From Lama guanicoe (taxonomy: Eukaryota), in contig MU054323.1 of assembly GCA_013239625.1 (NCBI GenBank), positions 16,310,029-16,374,028 on the forward strand: DNA of 64,000 nt, written 5' to 3'. Positions 49,503-61,745 of the stretch are shown in pieces (the first letter of the stretch is position 1; each line of letters starts with the position of its first letter). The notes beneath the pieces were generated by a model that worked only from the letters and a program-made list of their open reading frames with translations, was not told the DNA's origin and did no database searches. The position numbers were made by a program, and so were the translations under genes.

Positions 49503-49699
49503 TGTTATACAGGAAGATTGCTAAGGTGAGGGAGATTTAAAGATAGAACTACTATTAGTTGTTCAATTGGCTATTTTGGTCTTTGTTGCTTCAGAAGTAC
49601 AATTTTGATCTTGTCAACAAGCTCAGCTTTTGGGTACTTGGGCGACTTGAGTGGTGGTGCAGGGCAGGAGCTGGGAGGGACCAAAGATATTGCTGAGTG

Positions 49700-49815
49700 A
49701 GGTTGGTGTACTGCTGCTGGTCCATACACTGTTACCCACTGACAGGGAGATAAATATAGCAAGTGACCATAAGCATTTAGAAACTCTTATAGCAATTTGA
49801 CATTGCTGTGACCTA
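49700..49815 (+). mobile_element. MER5C-like hAT-Charlie fragment
   Basis: TAAGCATTTAGAAACTCTTATAGCAATTTGACATTGCTGTGAC. Confidence 0.7.
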
Positions 49816-49927
49816 AGTTTGTTAAAGGAAAAGTGAGAGCAGTAATTACATAATGTCCCATCTCAAATATGATAGCAACTTCAAATAAATCATATCAAGG
49901 TTTTTCTTTAAAAATTTTTCTAATGTG

Positions 49928-50415
49928 TGTTTTTAAAATTGAGATATAATTGATATGTAACATGTTAGTTTCAAGTATACAACATAAGATTCAATGTATG
50001 TATATATTGTGAAATGATCACTACAATAAGTCTAGTTAACATCCATTACCACACATAGTTACAGTTCAAAAAAAGTTTTAATTGAAGTATAGTTGATTTA
50101 CAATATTATATTAGTTTCAGGTGTACAACATAGTGATTCAGTATTTTTGTTGATTATAAAATCAATAACTCCATTTAAAATGATTAAAAAACAGTGACTA
50201 TAGTTCCCTGTGCTGTACAATATACATTTTTGCTTATTTATTTTATACATAGTAGTTTATATCTCTTAATCCCATGTCTCTTATTTTGCTCTTCCCCCTT
50301 CCCTCTTCCTACTGGTAACCTTTAGTTTGTTCTCACAATTTTTTTGTGTGTGTGATGAAAACTTTTAAGATCTTTTCTCTTAGGAACTTCCAAATGTACA
50401 ATACAGTATTATTAC
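49928..50415 (-). mobile_element. L1MA-type 3' end with a younger L1 3' UTR (about 50068-50334) nested inside
   Basis: Outer CCACACATAGTTACA...GTGATGAAAACTTTTAAGATCT is interrupted by ATTGAAGTATAGTTGATTTACAAT...CTGGTAACC. Confidence 0.85.
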
Positions 50416-50529
50416 TCAGTATTCATTTTTGCTGTGTTTTGCAAAGGATCAGTCCCCAACAGATTACAGGACAGGGTAAAGGAAGGAAAAATCTTGCTCC
50501 TTCGTTGTAGATAGTTTGTAAAGCACTGG

Positions 50530-50670
50530 TCTAGCCATGCTCTCTATCTGGACAGATGAGACAACTAAGGCTCAGAGCTTTTAAAGTCTCATAAGTAGTC
50601 AGTGGGAGTACAGGAACTGGGACTGAGTCTTCTGATTTTAGCCCTGGTGCCTTGCATATCTCCAAAGGAT
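50530..50670 (-). mobile_element. MIR SINE
   Basis: ACAGATGAGACAACTAAGGCTCAGAG. Confidence 0.7.
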
Positions 50671-52819
50671 GCTGTTCCCTTTGTGCCTTCACACAATCTA
50701 GGCAGCCATAAGGACAGCCCAGGACCCCTCTCTCCTCTGTTTTCAAGTTGTCCCTGGACAGCAGAACAAGAACCAGAACTCAGCTAAAGACTACTCATAT
50801 CAGTCTTTGTAGAATTCAGGTTTTGGGCTGAGGGAAAGGGAAGACTCCTCTGGAACCATTGCTGCTGCAATCTGATTGTTCCCTGCCTCCACCTCTCATT
50901 GGCTTGTTACTACTTAGAGAAGATTGATTGCTGGTGAGAATACATAGGAATCTAGGTTATTAGGAGTATTTCCCAAGGATATAGCACCTTTTTAATCCCA
51001 AAGAAGTTAATATATTATCCAGCCATGCCAGAGGCACATGGTTGCAGTGGGTGGAAGCCAACTGGCATCTTAAGTGGAACAAATGGAAAATTTTGGCTAT
51101 GGAAACCAAAGGGAATTCTCCACTTTAATTAAGAAAGAAGTCTGCAATATTGAAAGTCTAGGTAGAGAAAGCTAGACCTGGTTCCTGACTTCATTAAAAT
51201 GAACCCTGCTTAATTAGAAATCAGTTAACACAAATTGGAAAAAAGAAAGGCAAATGCCCATGGAACTTGGTCCAGGTCAGGAATTAAAACCCGATAGTTC
51301 AACTCCTGCCCTCGAACTGTCTTAGTCTTCCACTGTCTTAGTTTATAGGTAACAAACCTGATCTGCTTCCTAAGTTACCTGCTTCCCTAGGGGAAATGGA
51401 GTCTGGTGTTTTTGAAATATTACATTTAAAGGGAAATTTTTATTTACAGTTCTCTAATTCGATAAACAAGGAATTTCACATCAACCAAGAGCTTGTTTAG
51501 GATCATTCATGCTGTCTGGCTGCTTACAAAAGTCAAGTCTGTAAACAATGCAGGACAAAATGTTACTCAGGTTGTTGGATAACTTCATATTAATGAAATG
51601 TAAATAAAGCAAGGGAAAGGGAAATTTTAGAAATCCAAATAAACACCCTTCATGTGATTTATCTTCTCAGATTCTCTCTTCTCCATGGCCATGTCTCAAG
51701 TACCTTTTAGTGATAACCCTGGATACTCCACATTTCAGCAAGATACAAGTATTTCTCACTTCTATTCTTGTTTATGTTGCTGTTAGAAACATGAAAGCCA
51801 CATCAGCTAGATGGAGATCATGGAGGGGTTTGGGAAGAAAAGATCAATTGTTTGACAGTAAACATGGCAAATCCTATGTGATTAAATAAATGCTTATAAG
51901 TGAAAGCAAGACTATTGTACTTTGAATTATTAATGGTAAAGTTAGGACTGGAAATGGTTGAGCAGGTGACCTGTTGTTGGTGGGGGGAGTTATAATTCAA
52001 TCCAAAATCCAAAAAATCTTGGATGACAAAGCAGTGTTCAAGAGATATGTGAGAGCTGACTTTTTTTGTAACTGAGATTGTTTTGTTCTTGGCTTAAAAT
52101 AGATCTGGGATAATCTAGTTTTTATAAGCTCCTACAAATGAAGTGGCTTTGGTTATGTTGCCTTTGTTGAAACGGAATAACCCTTCTCTGTGACCTTGAT
52201 GTGCAGTGTGAATTCAGGAAATGGAACTTAAGTTTGTCTTTCAGTGCTGACCAGCTAGAGGCACCATTAGCCAGGCCAATATGTCTGTCAGAAAAATCAC
52301 TTCTCTCCTGGTAAAGCCTCTTCTGTCTCTGGATCATGTGAGACTCACCACACAATGCTTAGAAAACATGAGATCATCTTTACTTAGTGAGAGACAGAGA
52401 GCTGGGACCTGATTTCATTTTTCCCACAGATTTTGCTTTTTACTCTTGTCAGTCATATCTGAAAGGCTGACAGTTACCAGGGGATGTGGCCAGGCATGAG
52501 GGAGAATGTGTCATTGCTGGCTGTGTTGGCCATAGCAACATGTCTGCCTCAGAACAGATCCAGCATGGATGAACAAACAGAAAAATGTGTCAGAAGGCTT
52601 GTGACAGAAAAAGACCAAGAGTGCTGGGGCCGTCCATCAGGAACTTCCAGTGACTAATAACAGGATATTCACATTAGTCATTTTACTTTTCAATTAATTG
52701 TCAAACTGGCCAAGAAAATAATTGCTGGTATCTTATCACTAGGTTGGCAACTTCCCCAAAAATCCGTGGTGGAGAAGAACCCTCATTTCTCATAACCGCA
52801 GTCATTACTGAATTACAGT

Positions 52820-53090
52820 GTCAATCAACAAATGTACTGGGCACCAAGAGCAACACGTTAGTGAAAGTTGAGGTGTCAAATACAAATAAGACATATTTGT
52901 TATTCATAAGAGAAGCTCAGAGTCAGTGGGAGAGAAAGAAAGGTAAAAATGTTTTTCCAATGCTATAAAATTAGTGCTATAATAATATATGACGTAGATG
53001 CTACAGGAACACAGATAAAGGGTCAGTTGATTCTGCTGAGAAGGATCAGAGTGGGAAAGACTTTAGCTTCTTGGAAGGAGTAATAGAATT
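52820..53090 (-). mobile_element. L2 3' end
   Basis: TCAACAAATGTACTGGGCACC...AATAAGACA...AAGCTCAGAGTC. Confidence 0.7.
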
Positions 53091-53684
53091 TACTTAAAAA
53101 AATTCTTAGTGAAGAAGTACATCAAATGTGAAGGCATTACGTGTTTGGCATTTTCAGTGTATAAGTGTAGGGCAATTTCATTGTCATTATCTCTGTGTGT
53201 CAAGAGGTATATTCCCTCAATAAGTCCAATTTCCAAGACTATTGTCTCACTTTGACTTGAAAATCTAATTTGAAATGCAAATCTGAGCAATGACCTTTTT
53301 GTTCTGATTGTCTTAGTGAATGCACTGGTCCTATAGGAGGAATTATTGCCGGGGAGATGGCCAGCCTCACAGGGAAGCTCCCCCAGAGCACTGCATCAGC
53401 TTTGAATAGGAGCAGGGAGAAGCAGCTGCTCTGGCGTGGCATCACCTACAGGGAAAGACGGAGAGCAGTGGAGTTCTAGGTCAGCGTGGGGTCAACACAA
53501 GGAGGTGGGGACTTGCAGGCTGGAGGCTGAAGCAGGATCTGTGGTCATCAGCTGCTGGGCAGGGGCCAGCACAGAAAACCAGGGCTGCGGGGGTCTGGGG
53601 ACTTCATTCCAGTTTGTACCAGAAGAAGAGTCTCTCAGTGGGCCTCAGATCTCTTTTTTGTAAAATGAACTAGTTTGACTAAGT

Positions 53685-53894
53685 CAGTCATTGGCAAACT
53701 TAGTTACTTAGAGCCCTAGGGCTCGATAAAGGTGCCTCTGTGGCTGGAGATGAGAAAGAGTAAGGCCAAGTTGGAAAGGCTAAACCTCACTTCAACCAGA
53801 GAGTTTTGATTCCATTTGTTTTCATATTGGCAATCCACATGAGATACATTGAAAAGAATATATTTTATTGTTCAAAAAAAAATTCGGTATCTTG
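53685..53894 (+). mobile_element. MER103-type hAT-Charlie element inserted in a MIR3
   Basis: GAGCCCTAGGG...AGGTGCCTC...CTTCAACCAGAG; degenerate 8-bp TSD GACTAAGT/GACTAGAG. Confidence 0.75.
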
Positions 53895-54094
53895 GACTAG
53901 AGAATCGCATTCTGACTCTATGATTCTAAGCCTCCCTTACTTCCTCTGCAATCTCATAATACTTGATTTATGCCTCTATATAACATTTATCCAATTTTAC
54001 CTTCTATCTTATGTCTCAAAGATGTGAACTTCTTTTTCACTTACGGATTTTTTTTTGCTCCATAAAGGCAAGATCATGACTGTTACACGTTCCG

Positions 54095-54500
54095 TAGTTG
54101 TACTGGCCTCATTTCTTTCCTCACGTTCACCAAGCTCATACTTTAGGTCCTTTGTACTTGCGGTTTCCTCTACCTAGAATTGTTTTTCCCAGATCGCCAT
54201 AAAACTTGCTCCTTCACTGCCTTTAGTTCCCTGCTAAAATGTGACCTTATCTGATAGGCTTTCCTGAGCACTTGATATATAAAACAGAACCACCTTACCC
54301 CAACACACACACACACTCCAGAGGCCCTGCCTTCTGTTTTATTTTTCTTCATAGCACTTACCATCATGTGCCTATTTTATATTTCATTATTTATTTCAAT
54401 TCTGTACCATCCCACTAGAATGCAGATTTTAGGGGGCAGGACTTTCTCCATTCTGGTCACTGCTCTCTGGAATAGAGTCTGGCATAAAATAATTATCCAC
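54095..54500 (+). mobile_element. L2a 3' region
   Basis: CCTTTGTACTTGC...TTTTATTTTTCTTCATAGCACTTACCA...CCCACTAGAATG...GGGCAGGACTTT. Confidence 0.85.
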
Positions 54501-55224
54501 TCCCTGGAGGTAGTTATGATTCAGCTCCTGTCCAGCCAAGACCTCCTGTTATAAAAAAGTAAGTTAAAGCTACCTGCAGTGACTTACAGTTTAGCCAGGT
54601 TTTCTTTTTGTTTCTAACATCCAAACCAGTGACCCAACAATCTCACGTCCTCTCATTACTAAGAGTAATTGGACAGGCTGGTAAAGAACACAGCAATTTC
54701 AAGTATGGTGTGTGAAAAGTGCATTGTTTATCTGTGAAGGACAGTATTAGATGTGACTTCTGGAGAACGAGGCAGTAGAAGACCTGGACTCTAAGTTACC
54801 TTTGAGTCAATACTAAATCTGTGACTTCTGGTGCTTATCTAATTTCTCTGGAAATTTCTGTTTGAAGGCAAGAAAGTGAATCAGATTACTTAATTGAAAC
54901 ATCTTTCAACTTTATCATCCATTTTATGATTTTGATGAAATTAATAAAATATTCAGTAAAGAAAGTATTTTTATTGACACTACAAGGTTTTCAAATTAAT
55001 CATCTCTCTAAGCAGTCCCTTTCAATCGTATACCATTTGGAAAGACACCTTTATTTTGGGATATATGCTAATTTCTTTTTCCCCACATTTATACCACGTG
55101 CCTCAGCTCCATAGATTCAGAAAAAAAAATCCATGTATCGGAATGCACTTGACGTTTAACTTGAATTGCTGCTTTCAAGAAACTATTTAATTTTCATTAC
55201 CATTGATACAAAAGGCTTGAACAC

Positions 55225-55387
55225 TTAGGAGCCAGTGTGTCTGGAGGTACTAAACACTGAAGAGAGAGTTAAGACTGAGTTCTTGTCCTGGTTCTGTCAC
55301 TGACTAGTTAAATGGCCTTGGGCAAGTTGTCATCTCTCGGGGTCTCAGTTTCTCTGTGTGTGTGTGTGTGTGTGTGTGTCTGTGTGT
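55225..55387 (+). mobile_element. MIR 5' part ending in a (TG)12 microsatellite (55355-55378)
   Basis: CCTGGTTCTGTCACTGACTAG...CCTTGGGCAAGT...CTCAGTTTC. Confidence 0.8.
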
Positions 55388-56129
55388 AATAGGGAGGGAA
55401 AATCACATCAAGTGCTGACTGCAGACTCTCTGGGGGAAGAGCTGCCTCTGCTTAAGAATGCACCTTATATGGGTATGTTTGCTTATGAAAATGAGACCCA
55501 CTGGGCACAGCTTCACTGGTCTAGGAGTGAAACAAAAAGAATTATGTTTCTCTGCATTATAAAAGAGAAAGATATTAGTTAGGTGACCCAGGGAGAGAGA
55601 GATCCTGGAAGAGGGGCTGTGAGCAGGAGGAAGAAGACGGAGGAAAGAAGGCCCAGCAGAATGGCCAGAGACTGGGACTCAGATGGAGAAATGGCTAAAA
55701 AACTGTGAGTGAAGGGAAAGGCCTATCAACTCTTAGAACAGAGACAGCTAATGTCCAGTGAAGAAACATTTTCTGGAAGGTCTGAGGAGCAGATCTACCA
55801 AACTTTCAGACACATTTGTTCTGGAAGCTTTCCTCTTAACACATATACAGTCTCCCTTTTCTCAGCCCCAGCTCTTTGATCTAGCTCTTCTTTCCTTAGA
55901 GTTCCCATGGCTTTGTTTGGACCACCAAGTCCCTGGCACTCCAGTTACAGTTGCCTTTTTAAGAATACCCCTTTTCAAGGGGAGCAGTGAACAATATTGG
56001 TGCTTCTACCCAGATCTCATAAGATCTCTCTTTTTTTCTTGACCATTTTTATGCACACTCCCTGACTCCTTTCTTGTGCATTGCTTCTAATCGACAGTAT
56101 TTGAAGTTCTTTGGAAATCTGCTTTTAGT

Positions 56130-56478
56130 TCTGCCAGAGCCTGTACAGAGAGCCATCAGCCTAAAGTGCCTGGAAATTTATCTGCACAGTCCTACCTGTG
56201 GCCCTTGATTAATGGCCTACAAGTAAGGGGCTATGGAAGCCCAACACTATTGTCTCAGTTGGTGCCACTGGGAAGTGTAACTTACACCTCTGAGGTTGAT
56301 CCGGCTGAAGTCATCCTCTGTGAGGGCTTTGCCTAAAGACTGCAGCCTTGCTTCACTTCCTCCCCTCCCCTCTCTGCCTCCTCCACTCTCTGGCTAGTCT
56401 CCTCAAAAAGCACTTTCTTAATAAATCACTTGCTCACAAATCTCAAATCCTCATCTCGAGAAGCCCAACCTAAAAACA
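56130..56478 (+). mobile_element. LTR16-family (ERVL) LTR
   Basis: AATAAA 56420-56425 in CTTAATAAATCACTTGC; terminus CCCAACCTAAAAACA. Confidence 0.65.
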
Positions 56479-59365
56479 CCCCCTATCTCCTAATGCTTAG
56501 ATCCTTTTAAGAATCTGATGAAAGTTCTGGGCACTTTTCCTAAAAGAAAATGTACATATGCATGTAATTGACTTGCCTTTGCTCCATGGTCTTGGAAGTG
56601 TAAGAGATGTCTCATCCTTAATTTTCCCAAATCCTATCTGACTCAGCCTTCCGCCCACCAGGTGGTTGAGAAATACAAGTTCAATTACTTGTGGGAGGGC
56701 CTTTCTCGTTCTTTCTAGCTATTCACATGAGATTGTACGGGAAGCCTGGCCTGGAAATACTGGGGAGAGACTCAGGATTTTACTTCAGTTCTCTCTACTC
56801 AGAAGTACACCTGATAACGTGTGGTTCTGCTCAGGGATCTATGCTGAGTTCCCAGACTGCAGCACTATCATTCAGACTCTTTAGGTGTCTCTCCAAGGAA
56901 ATATACACCTGGCTATTCTCATGCATGTCCTTAATACCTCTGGACTATTCTTTTTGAGTCCTGTTACCAGAAGAACTTGTATGGACAGCACCTCTCCCCT
57001 CACTCCTTACTCCTGGTTCTAAGGAACCGTCACCAACCCATCCCATCCCCACCTATCAGCCATATTCCCCTTGTCTTCCCTTTTCTAGGGCAATTCCCAT
57101 CTCTGCCCTCTACCTTCAGCAAAGTAGTGGATGGAGATGATCATCAGGGCAGAACTAGATCCTAGAAATTTGAAAAAGGAAGCTTGTTTATCTCTCTGGG
57201 AGAGAGGAGGGAGAAATTACCCTTATACTCATTCTCTACAGACAGAAACTGATTAAGGCAGACATTAGTTATTCAACAAAATATCCCTGCTCACAAACAA
57301 TATTGTGTACAACTTTAGGAATTTCATAGTTCCCTACCCTAGATCACAGCCATGATCTAGAATCTATATCTTATCCCTGTGGCTTCTTGCTCATCAAATA
57401 CCACAGCTTCTTTAGTCGAGAGATTAAAGTGAGGCAAGAATACCAGTAAGTAGAAACTTTGGTTCCCCAGCATACCCAAATTAATAAGCAAGCATAAGGA
57501 CTTTGAAATCAGGGTGTAGATACTGGATTGGAGAGGTCTGAGAGACAATGCTCTCCCTAATCCCTGGGCTGAGTGCAAAGAATATGACGTTGGTGCCATT
57601 TTTCCTTACCATTGTTGACATCATTGCTGTTATGACAATACTTGTTGAATCTATCAAATCCAATGGCATTCAGAGTTTTGGCTCATAAGATGATACCAGG
57701 CCTTGAGCAGAATATTTTTGCCAGGTGATGCCAATGGTAAACCTTCCCTGTGGTCAGATAGTGGTTCAGAGATAATCAGCTTTTCATGGATAGGGGCCAT
57801 ATGTTATTTATCTTTATATACCTAGCAAATCACATAGTACCTGGCACTTACATTACTAATAAATAAATTTTAAGTTGTTCTAATTCATCTTATGTAAACT
57901 CTGCTAGTTTGTTAGCATGAAGAATTGTATTAAAAACTTTGTAAATATCCCCCTTTGGGTATATTTTCACATTTGCACTTGATGTGTACTTCACCATCTT
58001 GAGGGAAATACAGAAAGTCACATCTCCTCCCTATCTCATTTTGCACAAATGTCTTTCAGTACTATAGTCCCTCTTCCTGTATAAGAACTCAAAGAACTTA
58101 ACCCAATCACAAGGCAGCTGCTCCCACCTTGTTCTGCTATTGGCCAGAAATGAAGCTAGAGGACTCAGTTTGGAGAACCAGATACTCCAGAAAAAGCCAT
58201 TGTGTGGTTGTTGCTGCTACCAGAGTACAAGGCCCATTATTGCTGCTGAAATGGGCAGTGTGAAGGGATGCCTCTGATCCCCTGCTATAGCAGCACAGGG
58301 CTCCCATCCCTTAGGTCCACTGGGTTACTCTGACTGTTCTTGACTCCTTCCCAGGATAAGAACTCAGATGCACTCCCTTGGGGAGGAGGACATCATAACT
58401 ACTGCTTGACATTTAAAAATAAATTTCTGCCTTGGCATTAGAGGGAGGAGGAAGGAACATGTAGGTCTATTTGGGAGTATCTATTTATGACTCTTTTCAT
58501 AATGTGAAATAGTCCTTACCAGGTAGATGAACCATGCTTGTACATGTTCTCTGTTGCCCTTGTTATGTTTCTGAGGCTGAGGTTTTATTGGAAGCCACTC
58601 CTCCACAAGTGGAAGCAGAACCTGCTACCAAACACCTATTATTCATTTGATCACCAGAGAAGAGGCATATACTAACATTCCAGTAGAAAGCCTACAAAAT
58701 AGAAAATGATAGCAGTTATTGCTGCAAAGAGATGTCGTCTTGGTCTTGGCATCAAATGAACAATTATGGGAGATTCTTTAGGCTTTAATAGAAAAAAAGT
58801 TATTTCAACTAAAGTCTGTTTTTTAAATCTAATTCTCATTTTTATAAAATAGAAATTTATTTGCAACTCATGCTCTTCATGCATCTGGACCAATAAGGAA
58901 GTGGTTACAATATGGTCAAGTGGTCTTCCATTGACTGGACCAGGAAGATCTTGCCTGAGTTCCTCCACAACAGAGTAGGCACTCTGTAAACCACCATGTT
59001 GTATAAATCTCCATTTAATTGTGATGTGACACCTACCTGAACAGACACAATGATGGGAAATTTTTAACATCACATAAGTAAAATATTACTTTAAAAAAAA
59101 TTCCTGACATTTGTTTTGTTTTGTTTGGTAGTGTCATTTCTCTTGAAAGATTTACTCATTTATACCAAATCTTTCCAAAATTTATCCAGTGGTTCCAATA
59201 TTAAGAAACATCAAATGTTAAGAAAAACATTGGAAATCAAGCCCCTATAGGGGAATCAGCAACAAATACATTAAACAAGAGGGCTAAACCAATTACTGTG
59301 ATTAAACATTGATTCTGATCCAAGATTTCTGGTACCAGGGCAAAAGGATGAGTAACATAATTCTT

Positions 59366-60263
59366 TTTTTTAAGTTGAGGTATAGTCAATTTACAATATT
59401 ATGTTAGTTTCAGATGTACAGCACAGTGATTCAAAATTTTTATGGATTATACTCTATAATTATTATAAAATATTGCCCATATTCCCTGTACTATACAATA
59501 TAGTAGCTTATTTATCTTATACATGATAGTTTGGCCCTCTTAATCCCTTACCCCTATCGTGTCCTCCCCTCTTCCCTTTCCCCACTGGTAACCACTAGTT
59601 TGTCCTCTATACCTATAAGTTTCTTTATTGTTATATTTATTAGTTTGTTTTATTTTTAAAATTCTACACATAAGTGATAAAATAAAATATTTGTCTCTCT
59701 CTGTCTGATGTATTTCACTAAGCATAATACACTCCAGGGCTATCCATGTTGTTGTAAAGGGCAAATTTTTATTCTTTTTTATGGTTGAGTAGTATTCCAC
59801 TATATATATATAAATCAAATTGGTCTTTTTATATTGATTTGCATGAGCTGTTCATATAATTTGGATATTTACTCCTTATCAGTTGTATCATTTGCAAATA
59901 TTTTCTCCCATTCAGTAGGTTGTCTTTTCATTTTGTCCATGGTTTCCTTTGCTATGCAAAAGCTTTAAAGTTTAATTAGATAACATTTGTTTATTTTTGC
60001 TTATGTTTCCTTTGCCTTAGGAGCCAGATCTAAAAAAAAAAATCACTGCAGTTTATGTTAAAAAGTGTTCTGCCTTTGTTTTCTTGTAGGAGTTTTATGG
60101 TTTCTGGCCTTACATTTGGGTCTTTAATCCATTTTGAGCTTATTTTTGTATATGGTTTGAGAAAATGTCATAATTTCATTCTTCTACATGTAACTTTCCA
60201 GTTTCCCCAGCATCACTTATTGAAGAGACTGTCTTTTCTCCATTGTATAAGCTTACTTCTTTT
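59366..60263 (-). mobile_element. Cetartiodactyl-type 5'-truncated L1 with internal deletion at about 59815 and 17-19-bp TSD
   Basis: GATGAGTAAC(AT)AATTCTT at 59347-59365 and 60264-60280; ORF 59540..59818(-) EYYSTIKKNKNLPFTTTW..LE.IMLSEI.QTERDKY is typical L1 3'-terminal sequence. Confidence 0.92.
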
Positions 60264-60439
60264 GATGAGTAACAATTCTTATCTGCTTGGATAATGCATG
60301 CCAATTCTTCATGAAACACCACTTTTCTAGTAATAAGTTTAAAAAGGAATCTGTGGTATTGAGAAGACTCAGGCTGAAATTAGCACTCTAAACAAAATTT
60401 TTAAATTTTTAAAAAATGAAATTAAATTTTAGAAGTTCA

Positions 60440-60893
60440 TGTCTTCTGTATCTCACTGTGGTAACAAGCCTTCAAATCCCAGTGGCTTAACAAAATTTTA
60501 TTTCTTGCTCACATCACAGTGTGATGCTGCCAGTGTAGCTTTCCTAGGCCATTCTCATTTAAACAGAAACTCAGGGATCTGGTTTCCTTCTGTCTTGTAA
60601 CTCTACCAACTGGCAGTGCTTATTTTCCAGTATATAGATAAGAGATACATATCTGTATCTATATCTACATCAATATCTATATTTATATCTATATCTATAT
60701 AGAGAGAAAGAGTGCAGGGGAAATTTTAGAGACAAGGCCTGAGAGAGACACATGTTTTCATTCATATTTCATTGGCCAAAATATACTCAGTCACATTCTC
60801 AGAATCTATTTGCAAGGGCAGCTGGAATATGTGGTATTCCTCTGTTCCCTGGAGGAAAAAATGGGACAGGTGACCATCTGGCCAATTTCTGCC
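60440..60893 (-). mobile_element. MLT1 (J/K/L-type) LTR with internal (TATATC)n tract
   Basis: AAATCCCAGTGGCTTAACA...TTTATTTCTTGCTCAC; CATTGGCCA...GCAAGGGCAGCTGG. Confidence 0.8.
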
Positions 60894-60934
60894 AAATCTG
60901 GTATTCATCTTAGGGCTTTGCTTCCTCTCATCTC

Positions 60935-61745
60935 TAAATCTGTTTTGAAACATTTTAGTCTCTGAGGTTCCCAGGGACAAGGAAGTCCACTAGTTATACA
61001 AATTTAGAGTAAAATTATTATATTGATATAATTTATAATGGAAAAATACAGTTTTCTGTATCAGTCAACTAAATATTGTGGAATTAACTAAAGAAACCTC
61101 AACTAAAATTGGAGTTGGGACAGACCTACAGGAGGAGCTCTTGCTCCCCACCGCAGTTACTTCAAACAGAAAGAGACATAACACCTGCATCTCCTGTAGA
61201 AAGATGTTGCCTACTTTATTCTCCAGCAGGAAGAAGAAAACTTCTCTCCACCAACAGTCCAGTTAGTCAGAGACTGTAGCAGCCCAACCAATGAGAAGCC
61301 CCAGTTTTTGGATTCCTGGCTTCTTCCAATGGGCACTTTGGTTTTATTGCATCTACTTCTAACTACCACCTTTGCTCTGTAAAAGCAAATTCTCCTTTCT
61401 TGTTCTCCAGATTTGTCTATGGTCTGCCCTAGTTTGAATATCCCGAGCTGCAATTACTCTGGCTGTTCCTGAATAAACTGTTTTTTGCTGGTGAAATAAC
61501 TGGCTATTATATTTTTGAAGTTGACAATACAAAATGTTGGGACAATTTTTTAACATATTCCTGTAAATGATGAAATTTTTATACACTCGAAATAAATATA
61601 TCAAGTAATATAGTCACTAAAAGAGGTAGCTCTGTGTCCTCATTCAGAACAGCTCTGATTTTAGTTGATTATATATTAGGGTTTCAAATAAGATTCTTTC
61701 ATATAAGAATTTACCTTTTAAAAAAAAAGGATTTGAGAAGTGCTG
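60935..61745 (+). mobile_element. hAT-Charlie (MER103-related) element split by an ERV1 LTR
   Basis: 3' part GAACAGCTCTGATTTT...TATATATTAGGGTTTC...TTTGAGAAGTGCTG parallels the element at 53685-53894. Confidence 0.5.
61077..61526 (+). mobile_element. ERV1-class solo LTR
   Basis: TG...CA termini; 4-bp TSD ATAT/ATAC; CCAAT near 61288; AATAAA 61472-61477. Confidence 0.82.

Noticed and set aside
57610..57750. Minus-strand exon ending at donor ATG|GTAAGG
   Set aside because: Weak acceptor and stops in all three frames
58672..59073. 133-aa minus-strand ORF in unique DNA
   Set aside because: No recognisable homology or convincing splice signals; length is within chance expectation for 64 kb
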